From an uncultured Planctomycetaceae bacterium (GTDB lineage Bacteria; Planctomycetota; Planctomycetia; Planctomycetales; Planctomycetaceae), in NCBI GenBank assembly GCA_963813715.1, contig CAWFAK010000002.1, forward strand, positions 32,001 through 96,000: a stretch of DNA of 64,000 nt, given 5' to 3'. Position numbers and translations under genes: made by a program. Position 1 is the stretch's first letter. Every line of letters begins with the position of its first letter. Under the pieces are notes generated by a model. The model made no database searches, was not told the origin of the DNA, and saw only the letters and a list, made by a program, of their open reading frames with translations. Shown here piece after piece: positions 1 through 11,900 of the stretch.

Positions 1-130
1 CGGCAGCGCAACCGAGCAGAACGGCAACGACGATCTTCACGATTGATCCCCCATGAGCTTTCGACCGGGCGCAGGCCCTCCGCAAGGTCAGCATACCGGG
101 GTCGGTGTCTCGCCGCACCGCTTAGCGGTC

Positions 131-212
131 GGGTGACACTGGCGGCTTGTCCGCCAGTGAGCCTCGCCACGCGCTGGCGAAGACACTGGCGGACAAGCCG
201 CCAGTGCCACCC
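131..212. repeat. REP-like inverted-repeat doublet, family A (GGTGxCACTGGCGGCTTGyCCGCCAGTG and its reverse complement)
   Basis: Two inverted copies of an internally palindromic ~28 nt unit; near-identical element at 27613-27698. Confidence 0.85.
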
Positions 213-224
213 CGTGCGCCTGAT

Positions 225-711
225 CTGCGCGATGAACGCAAAGTAGTAGAACAACAAGCCCGTAGCCGAGGTCAGTGCCAGGTCGGTCGCCGAGCTCCAG
301 CCCAGGAACTTGTGCAGCGGGCTGTGGCGGGAGGGGGACGGCGGGTTGCCGAATCTCGGGCAGCGCCAGGCTGATCGTCGTGATCCACAAGAGGGGCGTC
401 GAGATTGCGAAGATCAAATGGACGTAGAGCACCTTACGGGCAAAGTCGAGGCTCTCGGTCGCCATGTCGGGACGGGCCTCTTTGACGATGTTCTCCCATC
501 CGTGGTGCATGCGGATGTCGACCTCGAACGCCGCCACTGCCAAAAAGAGCACGGCCGCCAGCGTCAATTGCAGGCGGCGGTGCCAGGCATACTGTCGACG
601 GAATTTGACGAGGTAGATGCTCGTCGCTAGCGCCGGCACGAGCAGGACCAGCGCGCACACGACGACGTCGAGCATGAACGTCGCGTGATAGCCGAGGAAG
701 CCCTGGGACAT
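225..711 (-). CDS. DUF420-family membrane protein (frameshifted near 360; 3' end uncertain)
   Basis: MSQGFLGYHATFMLDVVVCALVLLVP...WHRRLQL...LYVHLIFAISTPLLWITTI, continuing in another frame as RFGNPPSPSRHSPLHKFLGW...TGLLFYYFAFIA; typical DUF420 hydrophobic pattern. No clean stop before the palindromic repeat. Confidence 0.7.
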
Positions 712-770
712 GATGGGCGTCTGTAGCAGATGCTACGACCCATTCCAAGGGAACGTCGGCGGCGGCCTGC

Positions 771-838
771 GGGAGGGCGAGGCCCCCGCCGAGCCGTTTC
801 TGTGACAAAAAACCCGGCTCAGCAGGAATTTTGCCTTC
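771..838. repeat. REP-like inverted pair GGGAGGGCGAGGCCCCCGCCGAGCCG with a degenerate partner, downstream of fliA
   Basis: 771-796 and a decayed inverted copy CGGCTCAGCAGGAATTTTGCCTTC at 815-838. Confidence 0.55.
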
Positions 839-857
839 GACCGAGGCGCGTCCTGGT

Positions 858-1646
858 TTAGCCGAATTCGGGCCGGCGGCGGCGGAGCTGATCTTTGAGC
901 CGGGCGACGATGCTCGAGTGCATCTGGCTCACGCGGCTCTCGGAGAGTCCCAGCGTGTTGCCGATCTCCTTCATCGTCAGCTCTTCGTAGTAGTACAGGA
1001 TGATGATCAGCCGCTCGTTGCGATTGAGCCCCTTGGTGACGAGCTTCATCAGGTCGCGTTTTTGGATGCCGCGGGTCGGGTCCTCGCCCTTGCTGTCTTC
1101 GAGGATGTCGACTTCGCGGACGTCCTTGTAGCTGTCGGTCTCGTACCACTTCTTGTTGAGGCTGACGAGGTTGACGGCGCTCGCCTCGCACTTGAGCTTT
1201 TCGTATTCGGGGAGCGGGATGTGCAGCCGCGAGGCCATCTCCGTGTCGGAAGGGGGGCGGCCAAACTCGGCTTCGGCCTCTTTGCGGGCCGATTCGAGCT
1301 TGCTGGCCTTGCTGCGGACCAGCCGCGGCACCCAATCCATTGTCCGCAATTCGTCGAGCATTGCGCCGCGGATTCGCGGGACGCAGTAGGTTTCGAATTT
1401 GACCCCGCGACCGAGGTCAAACGCGTCGATGGCGTCCATCAGGCCGAACACGCCGGCCGAGATGAGATCGTTTAAATCGACGCCCTCGGGCAGCTTGGCC
1501 CAAACCCGCTCGGCGTTATAGCGGACCAGCGGAAGATATCGCTCGATGAGGATATTGCGCAGCTCTTGGTTGGATTGGTCTTGTTTGTAAGACTTCCAAA
1601 TCTCGGCTACGTCTTCCGTGACCCGTGTCGCCATACCATCCTCCAT
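858..1646 (-). CDS. fliA: FliA/WhiG-family sigma-28 RNA polymerase sigma factor
   Basis: RNILIERYLPLVRY, DLISAGVFGLMDAIDAFD, KFETYCVPRIRGAMLDELRTMDWVPR, YYYEELTMKEIGNTLGLSESRVSQMHS; follows flhG. Start may be 1634. Confidence 0.95.
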   Translation of the reverse strand: MEDGMATRVTEDVAEIWKSYKQDQSNQELRNILIERYLPLVRYNAERVWAKLPEGVDLNDLISAGVFGLMDAIDAFDLGRGVKFETYCVPRIRGAMLDELRTMDWVPRLVRSKASKLESARKEAEAEFGRPPSDTEMASRLHIPLPEYEKLKCEASAVNLVSLNKKWYETDSYKDVREVDILEDSKGEDPTRGIQKRDLMKLVTKGLNRNERLIIILYYYEELTMKEIGNTLGLSESRVSQMHSSIVARLKDQLRRRRPEFG

Positions 1647-1663
1647 GAAGAAATCTCACCGGC

Positions 1664-1912
1664 TCAGGCTGGCCGAGGCGTGGTTGCCGATCCCAGTGTT
1701 GCTTGCAGTTGCCGCGCAAGTTCGCTCTTGATGTTTTCCTCGACGATCCGTCGCGCTGCTTCGCCCAGAACCAAGCCCAGGACGTAGAACGCCCCCAGGG
1801 AGACCAATGCGGTTTGCATCGTTGCGAAGAAGTCGGTCTCGCAGAACAATCCGCGCAGAGCCGCGGTGGCAAAAGCGATCAAAGCCAGACGTTTGGCGAA
1901 TTGAGTAGCCAC
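1664..1912 (-). CDS. Small two-TM hypothetical membrane protein between flhG and fliA
   Basis: VATQFAKRLALIAFATAALRGL...TALVSLGAFYVLGLVLGEAARRIVEE; operon position; GTG start at 1912 inferred. Confidence 0.65.
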   Translation of the reverse strand: MATQFAKRLALIAFATAALRGLFCETDFFATMQTALVSLGAFYVLGLVLGEAARRIVEENIKSELARQLQATLGSATTPRPA

Positions 1913-2002
1913 CGAATTGACCCGCCGAAGGACCGAGGGAGTGCGGGCAAGGCGCGCCGTCGATGGCGCGTCCGCGCGGGAATGAAAATTCCCGTACATC
2001 CT

Positions 2003-2030
2003 TTATCGGTCGGGCCGACCCGATCATTTC
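2003..2030 (-). promoter_or_regulatory. Possible sigma-28-type promoter upstream of orf-fliA
   Basis: Minus strand GAAA-N16-ACCGATAA versus consensus TAAA-N15-GCCGATAA; imperfect match. Confidence 0.3.
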
Positions 2031-2092
2031 AGAATTTCTTTCGCAAATTTTGCAGTCGATAGGACCGGCAAACTCGGCGGAATGGGTACGAA

Positions 2093-3014
2093 CTAGCCAA
2101 CTTCCAACAATTGGCCGGTGTGCAGCCGGGGAAACAGCGAGCCGCTGGGCGGCTGCGCTCGGAAAAACTGCCGCAGGCGCTGCGCCAGTTGCCCGACCGC
2201 TTGCGAGGCGGGACAGTCGGGCGCGGCGATGACGAATGGCTTGCGGCGGGAGACGGCCGTGACGACTTCGGGGTCTTGGGGAATCCAGCCGGCCGGGGCG
2301 ACTTCCACGTGCAGGAAGGTGCGGGCCGTCTCGCGAATGCGTTCGGCAATCAGGGTGGCCTGCTCGGCCGAGGCGCACTGGTTGATCACGATTTCGAGCG
2401 TCGGCACGCCGCTGCCCGAGAGTGATTTGATCGTCGCGTAAGCGTCGGCAATGGCGGTGGGCTCGGGCGTGGCGATGACGAGCACCAGCTCGCAGGCTTC
2501 CAGGAATTGTCGCACCGAGCGCTGGATGCCGGCCGCCGTGTCGATCACCAGAAAATCGTGGGTTTGTTCGAAGTCGGCCAATTGCCGCACGACGTCGGCC
2601 TGGGCCGTCTCCGGCCAGTCGGCCATCTCGGAGAGGCCGCTGGCTCCAGGGATGACCTCGATGCCGGCCGGGCCCTCGAGCACGATCTCGCTCAAGTTCC
2701 GCGCCCCGGTAACGACGTGCGAAAGATTCCAGTAGCCGTTGAGTCCGCATAAGAGGTCGAGGTTGCCCAGGCCCAAGTTCGCGTCCAAGCAGCGCCGTTC
2801 GCGCGTCGAGCTGGGCGAGGGCGATCGCCAGGTTGAGGGCCACGCTTGATTTGCCGACGCCCCCTTTGCCGCTGGTGATGGCGATCGATCGCGCGCGAGG
2901 CGTGCCCGCTGCCGGACCGACGACGTCGAGACGCTCGGACTGCAGCCGCTCCATCAAGCCGCGGAGCGCTCTGTGCCTGGTCCCCTTTCGGCGACGTGCC
3001 GTTCGGTTGGTCAT
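2093..3014 (-). CDS. flhG: FlhG/FleN MinD-like ATPase (frameshifted near 2790 and probably near 2970)
   Basis: SIAITSGKGGVGKS deviant Walker A, DANLGLGNLDLLCG, DFLVIDTAAGI, TPEPTAIADAYATIK; directly downstream of flhF. Confidence 0.9.
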
Positions 3015-4479
3015 TTCACGGCCCTTTCCTGACCGAGGATCATCCGCGCGATCCGCCGCGGATGGGCCGGCTCGATATCGTCCGGGACGGCCTGTCCGGC
3101 GGTGAGGTAGCTGATCGGCAGTTCGACGCGCCGCGCGAGCGAGAGGATGGCTCCCATCCCCGAGGCCTCGTCGAGCTTGGTGAGAATCACGGCCGTGGTG
3201 CCGGCCGCCTGGAATTTGTCGGCGGCCGCCTCGAGGCTTTGCCGGCTGGAAGTCATGCTCAGCACGAGATGCACTTCGTCGACGTGAGCCTCGGCCAGCA
3301 GCGATTTCAGCTCCTGAATTTGCAGCTCGTCCTTGGGGCTGCGGCCGGCCGTGTCGATCAGCACCAGGTCGAGACCGGCCAGCTCGTCGAGGGCCCGTCG
3401 CATTTCGAGCGGGTTGGTGACGACCTTCATCGGCAGGTCGATGATCTCGGCGTAGGTCCGCAACTGCTCGACGGCGGCCACGCGATAGGTGTCGACGGTG
3501 ACGAGTCCCAGCTTCACGCCGCTCCGCAGACGAAAATTGGCGGCCAGCTTGGCGATGGTCGTGGTTTTGCCGACGCCCGTGGCCCCGACGAGCGCGACGA
3601 CGCGGCGGCGGCCCGGCTTGGCGGCGATCGGCTCGCGGCAACGGATTTCCGACTCGACGAGGGCCGTCAACAGGGCGCGGGCGGCGTCCGCGTCGCCCAG
3701 TTGGGCCGGCGTGGCGTTCCGCTTCAACTTGTAGATCAGGTCGCGGGCGACGTCGTCTTCGACTTCCGCGTCGATCAGCTCGGTGTAGACCTGGAAGAGC
3801 TCGGGGGGAACCTGGTCCTGCCGCGCAGTGGTTCGCCCGGCCCAGGTCGTGGAGCATCTGTTGGATCGAATCGAGCCGCCGGCTGAGCGCAGCCGTTGGG
3901 TCGGATTCGTCCGCGGACGCCGGATTGATCCCGATCGGCCGGCCGGTGAAGCGGTTGAGCCGTCCAGCCGGCTCGAGTGCCTCGAACGGCCGTCTCTGTT
4001 CGTTGGACTCGGCCGGAGGCGCGTCCTTCGTCATGCGGCGGTTCGGTGCCTGAGGGGCGCGGCTGGCCGCGATGCGGGCGATCGTGGCGGAACGCGAGAG
4101 CAGGTCTTCGAGTGTTTCGGTGGGCTCGCTGGTCAGGTCGAGTCGCGAACCGATGGAGCCCGCCCCGCCCGATCGAGCGGAGGGTCCGCGTGACGCAGGT
4201 TTTTGCCCGCTCGGCTTGGGGGCGCTGTCTTGGATGCGTTCGGCTGCTGCCCGGGCGTCGGCTGCGGTCGTTTGCGTGGTGTGCGCTCTTGCGCGGCGCG
4301 GCTTCAAACGTGAGGCTGGCGGTGATTTCGACCTCATCGAGCGGCTTACGCCAAGGGAGGAACCGACGGCGGGCGACCTGGCGCGTATGCAGAATGACCG
4401 CGTCGGCCCCGAGTTCTTCGCGGACGAGGTCGAGGGCCTCGCGCATCGATGCCGCTCGAAAAGTTCGCACGTCAGCCAT
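3011..4479 (-). CDS. flhF: Flagellar SRP-family GTPase FlhF (several frameshifts)
   Basis: N-term MADVRTFRAASMREALDLVREELGADAVILHTRQV; C-term GATGVGKTTTIAKLAA, DTYRVAAVEQL, DTAGRS, TKLDE, GQAVPDDI. Confidence 0.92.
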
Positions 4480-4596
4480 GGCTTCGTTGCTCCGGTCGTG
4501 CTGGTATGCGGCGGTGTGAAACGCGAAGGGGGCGCCCCGCGTCGCGGACGTTGGTGTGAAGTAAACGAGTTGTTTTGCGGGAAGTTGAGGAGTCGG

Positions 4597-6716
4597 TCAG
4601 GCCGCGGTCGCCATCGCACCTTCCAGTGCGTCGATGCTCACCTGCCCCGAGGATTCGACCTCGGTGTCGCGGGTGATTTCGTTCAGGCTGATGACGGCCA
4701 GTTTCGGCAGGGTCGAGGACGTGATTTGTTTGAGTCCGGCGCGGACGTGCGGGCTGCACAGCAGGATCGGCGTGCGGCCCAGCGACACGAGCGGGCTTGA
4801 GTTCGTTGGCGATCGCGCGGGTCACGGCTTCGGAGATTTGCGGCGATAGCTTGATCGTCAGTCCGCGTTCGGTGTAGTCGAAGCCGGCGGCCAGCACGTC
4901 TTCGAGCGCGGGGTCGATCGTCACGACGTGCAGCACGCGGTTCTTGTCGCGGAGCCGCTGGCAGATCGTTCGTGCCAGCGAATGGCGGACGTATTCGGTG
5001 AGGATGCCCAGGTCCTTGGTCTTGTCGGCGTAGTGGCCGAGCGTTTCCAGGATCGTTTCCAGGTCGCGGATGGGGACTTGCTCGCGGAGCAGGTTGTTGA
5101 GCACCTGGTGCACCTGCGGCACTTTGAGCAGGTCGGGGATCAGCTCTTCGATCGACTTGGGGGCCGTCGTCTTCAAGTTATCGAGCAGCTGGTGGACCTG
5201 CTGGCGCGTCAACAGCTCGTGGCTGTGCATCCGCACGACTTCGGTGAGGTGCGTGATCACGACGGCCGACGGCTCGACGACGTTGTAGCCCAACAGCTCG
5301 GCCCGCTCTTTTTGCGATTGCTCGATCCAGCGGGCCGGGCGGCCGAACGCCGGATCCTTGGTGGCGATGCCGGGGATTTCGCCGCTCGTGGCGCCCGTGT
5401 CGATGGCCAAGAGCGCGTCGCTATAGACTTCACCCCAAGCGATGGGAACGTCGCGGATCTTGATCTGGTACTGCCGCTGCTCGAGGCGGATGTTATCGCG
5501 AATGCGAACCTTGGGCAGAATGATGCCCAGCTCCTGCGCGATCCGGTGGCGGACGCGGGTCACGCGCTCCAAGCAGGTCTCCGCCGGCAGACCGGATCGG
5601 CCAGGCGAATCAGTCCGACGCCCAATTCCAGCTCGAGCGGATCGACGGCGAGGTTGTCTTCGGGGCGCGGCTCGGGCCGCTTCTGGGACTTTTGCGTTTC
5701 TTCCTGCTTTTTTTGACTGGCCGCTGTCTTCTGACCGCGACTGAGCGTGAAAGCCAGAACGCCGCAGCCCGTGCTCATCGTCAAGCAGGGGCACGGTGGG
5801 CAAGCCGCTGAATGCCATGGCGAACGAGAAAGACCGAGGACAGGCCGAGCGCCTGCGGATAGCGGAGCATCTGCGCGACGACCTCGGCCGGCAGGTCGCT
5901 GTTGGTCGACGTGCGGGTGACGATCAGGCCGGCGGCCACCGAGATCAGGAAGGCGGGCACCTGGGTCACCAGTCCGTCGCCGATGGTCAGGGTCGTGTAG
6001 ACCTCCATCGCGTGACCCAGCGTCATGCCGTGCTTGAATACGCCGATGCCGAAGCCGGCCAGAATGTTGACCAGCGTGATCACGATGCCGGCGATGGCGT
6101 CGCCGCGAACGAATTTGCTGGCACCGTCCATCGCACCGTAGAAGTCGGCTTGCTCGGTCACTTCGGACCGGCGCTTGCGGGCGATTTCCTGCGTGATCAG
6201 GCCGGCGTTGAGGTCGGCGTCGATGGCCATTTGCTTGCCGGGCATGCCGTCCAAGGCAAAGCGGGCGGCCACTTCGCTGATACGCGTGGCACCCTTGGTG
6301 ATGACCAGGAATTGGATGGCGATCAGGATCGCGAAGATCGTAAAGCCGATGAACAACTGCCCGCCGGCGACGAATTCGCCGAAGGCCTGGATCACGTGGC
6401 CGGCGGCCGCCGTGCCGTCCTCGGCGCCGCGGGTGAGGATCAGCCGCGTGGAGGCGACGTTGAGCACGAGCCGGGCGAGCGTGGTCCCGAGCAGGATCGA
6501 GGGGAAGACGCTGAAATCGAGCGGGCGACCGACGTAGATCGTCGTCAGCAGGATCACGACGGACAGCGTGATGTTGCACGAGAGCAACATGTCCATCACG
6601 ACGGGGGGCAGCGGCGCAACGAGGACCAGCACCGATGCCACGATCAGCACCGGGAAGATCAACGCACGCGAGCGCGCAATCGCGCCGCGCAAACCGATTT
6701 CGGTTTGCGAAGCCAT
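4597..6716 (-). CDS. flhA: Flagellar export gate protein FlhA (3-4 frameshifts)
   Basis: FSVFPSILLGTTLARLVLNVASTRLIL, ITKGATRISEVAARFALDGMPGKQMAIDADLNAG, FYGAMDGASKFVRGDAIAG, LLREQVPIRDLETILETL, LAVISLNEI. Confidence 0.95.
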
Positions 6717-7244
6717 GACCGCTTCCGACTGTGAGGAGACGACGCTGAGGAAGTGACGCTGTGGAGATAACGAGGAGAGACTGAAGTGAGGCGGACGGGC
6801 TCGCCACGACGGCGATTCGAGCGCGCAAGCGCGAGGAGCCGACGTCGTCAGACGAGGGCGGGCCGAGGATCACGTCTCAAGGTGAGAGCACTTAAGACGT
6901 TACAACGGCCACTCGCGGCAGGGCGAACGGTCGCAAACGCAACGAGCAGTTCGACAGGAACGAATGATTTTGGAGAGAGTGGTGGCTTGAATTCAGTGGA
7001 GAGTTGAGGGGCGGATTTTTAATCGAAGCGGCCTCTAGTGTCCAGACGGAAACGCTCGGCAAAAATGGCCGAGTTTTCACTGTTTTCCGCGCGGGAGCGT
7101 CGACGTGAAGCGGCGCATTGGAGGCTCGACGGGCGCCGCCGGCGCGGCGCAGCCTCTTGGTGGGCCAAATGTTTCGCTAAGATTCTGAAGCCGCGCGAAC
7201 GCTGCACTCACCGCACGAGAAATTCATCCAGAGCTGAAGGCCCG

Positions 7245-8165
7245 ATGAACAAATCTGCCAAGCCCCAACGCGTGAAATCGCTGCCCGCGCCCCCGGACCG
7301 GCCGGAAGATGCGAACAAAGGGACGTTTGGGCGCGTGATGGTCGTCGCGGGCAGCCGTGGTATGAGCGGCGCGGCCTGCCTTGCCGGCGTGGCGGCGCTG
7401 CGGGGCGGCGCCGGGTTGGTGACCGTCGCCACGGCCGCCGGCGTCTTGCCGATCGTGGCGGGAATCGAGCCGTCCTTGCTCACGCTGCCGCTGCCTGAAG
7501 ACGCGGGCGGAAAGATCAGCCAGGCGGCCCGTCCGGTGCTCGAATCGGCACTGGCATCCCAAACGACGATCGCGGTCGGGCCCGGCCTCGGACAGTCCCC
7601 CGAACTGGCCGGCCTGGTGCGATGGTTGTTCGAGAGCGTCGACCGCCCCGGGGTTTTTGACGCCGACGCGCTCAACTTGCTCGCCGCTCATCCGGCCGCA
7701 CTCAAAGCGCGGGCCCGGCGGAGTGAGGCCGGTCCGCCCCGGGTGCTGACGCCCCACCCCGGTGAATTTGCTCGGTTAATTGCCCGCGAGATCCCCGAGG
7801 TCGAAAAGAATCGCGAAGCGCTGTCGGTCCAGTTCGCCGCGGAGCACAAACTGGTGCTGGTGCTCAAAGGGCATCGCACGCTGATCACCGATGGTCGACG
7901 GGTGGCCCTGAACTCGACCGGCAACAGCGGCATGGCGACGGGCGGCTGCGGCGACGTGCTCACCGGGTTGATCGCGGCCCTCTTGGGGCAGAAGATGCCA
8001 CCGTTCGAGGCGGCTCAGCTGGGCGTCTACTTGCACGGCCTGGCCGGCGATCTGGCGGCGAAGGGGCTTTCCGAGCCGGGACTCATCGCCTCCGATTTGA
8101 CGCGCTGGCTGGGTGCGGCGTGGCTCACGTTTTTGAAATCAGCCGGCCGCCGCTCGCGGAAGTGA
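7245..8165 (+). CDS. nnrD: ADP-dependent NAD(P)H-hydrate dehydratase (YjeF C-terminal)
   Basis: NKGTFGRVMVVAGSRGMSGAACLA, ALRGGAGLV, GPGLG, DADAL, LTPHPGEFARL, MATGGCGDVLTG, HGLAGD. Confidence 0.93.
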   Translation: MNKSAKPQRVKSLPAPPDRPEDANKGTFGRVMVVAGSRGMSGAACLAGVAALRGGAGLVTVATAAGVLPIVAGIEPSLLTLPLPEDAGGKISQAARPVLESALASQTTIAVGPGLGQSPELAGLVRWLFESVDRPGVFDADALNLLAAHPAALKARARRSEAGPPRVLTPHPGEFARLIAREIPEVEKNREALSVQFAAEHKLVLVLKGHRTLITDGRRVALNSTGNSGMATGGCGDVLTGLIAALLGQKMPPFEAAQLGVYLHGLAGDLAAKGLSEPGLIASDLTRWLGAAWLTFLKSAGRRSRK

Positions 8166-8181
8166 AGCCGGCGGCCGCATT

Positions 8182-8916
8182 TTACTTCATGCTCGGAGGC
8201 GAGGGACTTGTCGCGGGCGTGCGGGTGTTTCGTGGCGACGGCTCTTCCAACAGCGCCTCGAAATAACGCCGCACGAGGTCGTCGTAGGCCGGCAGCACCG
8301 TTTCGCTGAAGTCGACGCGCACGCGCTCGCGGACGGCCGGCGGCAGATGGCCCCAGACCTCGCGGACGAGAGTGCGATCGCCCGTGCGGGACGATTTGGC
8401 CGCGGCCCGGGGGTTGCGGAGACCACCGCGGCGATTCGGGGGTGAACCACCCGCCGTCGCCGTGGGCCCGTCCCCTTTGTCTTGCTGGCTGCCCTGCCCC
8501 TGTCGCGGGGACCCTTGTTGTTGAGGCGAGCCGTCTTCATCTTCGCGGGGCGACTTGCCGCCGCCCGGCGATTTCTGCATACCGTGACTGGGCTGCGATT
8601 GCTGGCGGGAGGCGGCGTCGATCAGCTTGTCGAGATCGCGGACCACCTGCGCTTGAATGCCGCGCGTGTCGGGCCCAGTATCTCCGCCTTTGAGCCGAGT
8701 CTCGGCAGCTTTCATTTGCTTGACGATCGGCGTGACCGGATTGGCGGCCGAGGCGCCGAACCCGCGGGCCGCGGCAGCATCCTCGGGCTTGTTCTCGGGG
8801 CCGGCCATCGCCCGACCGGCGCCGACAATCGCGAGCCCCACGCTCGCGGCCAGCATCATTCGAGACAGAGTCGCTGGAGACAGTGTCACTCGTGAGACAG
8901 ACAAGCGGCCGATCAT
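8182..8916 (-). CDS. Secreted hypothetical protein of the vWA/coiled-coil operon
   Basis: Signal-like N-term, Q/G-rich linker, C-term VWGHLPPAVRER...LPAYDDLVRRYFEAL; overlaps the upstream stop. Confidence 0.7.
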   Translation of the reverse strand: MIGRLSVSRVTLSPATLSRMMLAASVGLAIVGAGRAMAGPENKPEDAAAARGFGASAANPVTPIVKQMKAAETRLKGGDTGPDTRGIQAQVVRDLDKLIDAASRQQSQPSHGMQKSPGGGKSPREDEDGSPQQQGSPRQGQGSQQDKGDGPTATAGGSPPNRRGGLRNPRAAAKSSRTGDRTLVREVWGHLPPAVRERVRVDFSETVLPAYDDLVRRYFEALLEEPSPRNTRTPATSPSPPSMK

Positions 8917-11900
8917 TGCTTGCTCCGCGGCGCGGGGGGCGTGATCTGGTGCTCGCCGTCGCGGTTGCTGAAGAACTGGGCTGCCAGCCGTTCGATGAGC
9001 GACGCCAGTTCGCCCTGCTCGCGAGTCACACGGGACAGCTCGTCGGCCGTCTCGCCCGCGGGATTTGTCGCCGGGTCTTTCCGTGGGGTGGTCGTCGCGC
9101 GCTCTCGGTCGAGATCGCTTGTGCGGCGGAGCAAGTCCTGCTGGACGATCTTGAGCAGTTGCAATTGCGCGACCGTCGGCACGCCTCCGTCCGGCTTGGC
9201 GGCGCGTTCCTCTTGCTGGTTCTCGTTCGCCTGCGATTCTTGATCGGGGCGGCGCGATTTCGCTTCTGCCTTGAGGGCCTGGACGACGTTTCGCAGTCGC
9301 GACCAGGCTTCACGCTCGAGCGCTACCGTCTTGGCGTCGGTCTGACGTTGACCGAGACGGTCGGCGGCCGCCTTGATCTCCTCGACGCCGCGACGCACCA
9401 CGAAGACGTAGGCTTCGGCCGGTGCGAGCCGATCGGCGATGCGGCTCGTCTCGTCCTGCAGTTGCCGTTCGAGCTGCGCGATGGTCTGCACGCTGCGGAG
9501 TTGGCCCCGCGTCCATTGCGACTGCTGGGCCCGTTCGCCGTCGAGACGTTTCGTTTCGTCGAGGACCGTCTTTTGACGGGCGACCAGGCCGGCAATCTCG
9601 TCGGCGATCTTCACCGCCGATTGTTGGGCCAGCTGCGACGCTGCCTCGCGCTTGGCGCGGCTGAGGGCGGCTTGTGCCCGGTTCAGCTGTTCGACCGCAT
9701 GGGCTTGCTCGCGCGACGTCTCGCCGGTGGGGCGCTGCTCGAGCTGCTGCTCGGCCTGCGCCATGTGCTCGGCTGCTTGCCCGGCCGATGCGCTCGGTTC
9801 CTCCGTGCCCAGGCGACGCAGTTCGCGGGCGACGTCTTCCGCCTTTTCGCGAAGACCGCCCTGCTCCTTCCGCAGCTTCTCGATCGCGGGCGGAGTTTGT
9901 TTCGCTTTGTCGGCGCTCAGCTGCTGCGTTCGTTTGCGGAGTTCTTCCTGTTTCTTGCGCAAGGCGTCGATCTGCTGTTCGGCCTGCTCCATCTTGCCGA
10001 CGGCCGACTTCAAGTCCCCTTCGGGCCGCTGGGACAGCCGATTGTCGAGTTTTTTCAGTTCGTCGAGGAGCTGGTGCTGGTTGGTCATCGCCTTGCCGAC
10101 GTTGTTTTCCGCCAGCTGGCCGCCGATGTCGCGCATGGCCGCCTCGGGATCGGACCGCTCGAGCGACTTCAACACGGCCGCGGCATCGGCGGCTGCCTCG
10201 GCATTGGCGGGCGGATCGCGGTCCGCAGCCGGCGCCGGCTTGTCAGGCGACTGTTTGTCAGATGGTTGTTTGTCGGGTGGCTGTTTGGAATTGCCGCTCG
10301 TCTCGCGCAGGCGTTCCTTGAGGTGGGCGACCTGGTCGGCCAGCTGCGCCTGCCGTTCGGCCAGCCGCGCCAGATCAGCCTGACCCTGCGGCGCCAGTTC
10401 GGCAAACCGTTTGGCGACCGTGCCGCGGGAAACGTCCGACGTGTCGGCGTTGAGTTTTTCCTGCGAGTCGACCAGCTCGCGGAGACTATCGTGCACTCCC
10501 TGCCAGTCGCGCCAGCGGGCCAGCTCGCCGAGCATGCTGCGGACCGATTCCAGGACGACTCCCTGCTCGTGCGTGGCCGTCTTCAGGGATTTCGCCTGCT
10601 CGCGAGCCGTGGCGGCGTCGGGGGCGCTGCGTAGCAACTCCGAAGTTTTCACCGCCCGCGTCAGCGTGTCGTCGAGCGCACCCAGGTGTGATTCCCGCAG
10701 GTCGGTTAGCTCGCGCTCGAAGCGTTCGAGCCGCTTCTGAATCTCTCCGCCGGGCAATTGGTTCTGCCGCATTTCGGCCAAGAGGTCGCGGACCAGGCTG
10801 CCGGCCCCCTCGGTCGGATGGGCCAAAAGCTCGCTGACGTCGCGCTGATCGGACTGCACGCGTTTCAAAATGTCGAGATCGGCGGGCTTGAGCCGGCTCG
10901 TCTTTTCCACCTGGACCACCAGATCGCCCGTCTGCCCGCGGCTCCGCGACTCGACCTGTTCGGCCCGCTCCAGAATGCGGAGCACGTCGGCCTGCCGCGA
11001 GACGATCTCCGCCTCCTTCTGCGGGGCCGAAACGACGATCAGCGTGCGGACGGGGCTTTTGCCGACGTGTGGCGGACCCAGGTCGAACCAGTCGGTCGCC
11101 TCGGCATGCAGGGCGATCCGCATCCCCTCACTCAAGGGCAGCTCCCGCAGATTCCAAACGAGCGAGACGCGGTGATGCTGCAGGCGCGGCAGGTCAGAGG
11201 CCATCGGGATCGTGGCTTCGGGCGTCGTCGACGAGTCACCCAAGCGAAAGCGCAGTCGCATCTCGCGCAGACCCAGATCGTCCTTGGCCGTGGCGGTGAC
11301 GGGCAACTGGGCGACCGCGGTGACGGTGGCGTCGGCCGGCGGTTGATCGATGGTCACGTCCGGAACGACGTCGGCAGCTGCTTCGATTTCGTAGCGCGGC
11401 GCCTCGGGGTTTTCGATCCCCTCGGTGTCTTTGAGCTGAAACGAGTAGCCATACGCCCCCGCCTCGGCGATCACGAAGTTGCCGTGAAATTCGCGGGCAT
11501 CGCCCGAGATGGCGATCGTGCCGGCCGGCTTGTCCTTCACCCGCAGCGTGGCAGTGGCGAGCGGCTTGCTCGCGCGGGCGCGAAACGCGACCTTCGTGCC
11601 GACGGTGCCCCGCACCTTGCCGTCGCCGGGCGCCAGCGTTTCGACCGGCCGCGTTGTGTAGGCCGGCGGCGTGAGCACGACTTCCAAGCGTTCGACGATG
11701 GGCGGCAGCACGACCTGCATTTCGCACTCGGGCAGACTGTCGTCGTCTCCGCCTAACGCGCGGAACCAGACGGGACCTCGATCGGCGGGCAGGCTCAACA
11801 GGCAGACGTCATGCAGCGACCCGGACGAGTCGCGGAGCGATGCGTGCCGCAGCGGCTCGCGCACTTCGGAATCGTCAGGGAGCCGATACTCGAGAAAGAC

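Noticed and set aside
1656..4619. 987-aa ORF spanning the flagellar operon
   Set aside because: Chimeric frame that picks up pieces of flhF and flhG through indels in GC-rich, stop-poor DNA.
8883..10634. Long antisense ORFs (e.g. 583 aa here, 21261-22493, 55882-57300)
   Set aside because: Shadow frames of high-GC genes with no recognisable motifs.
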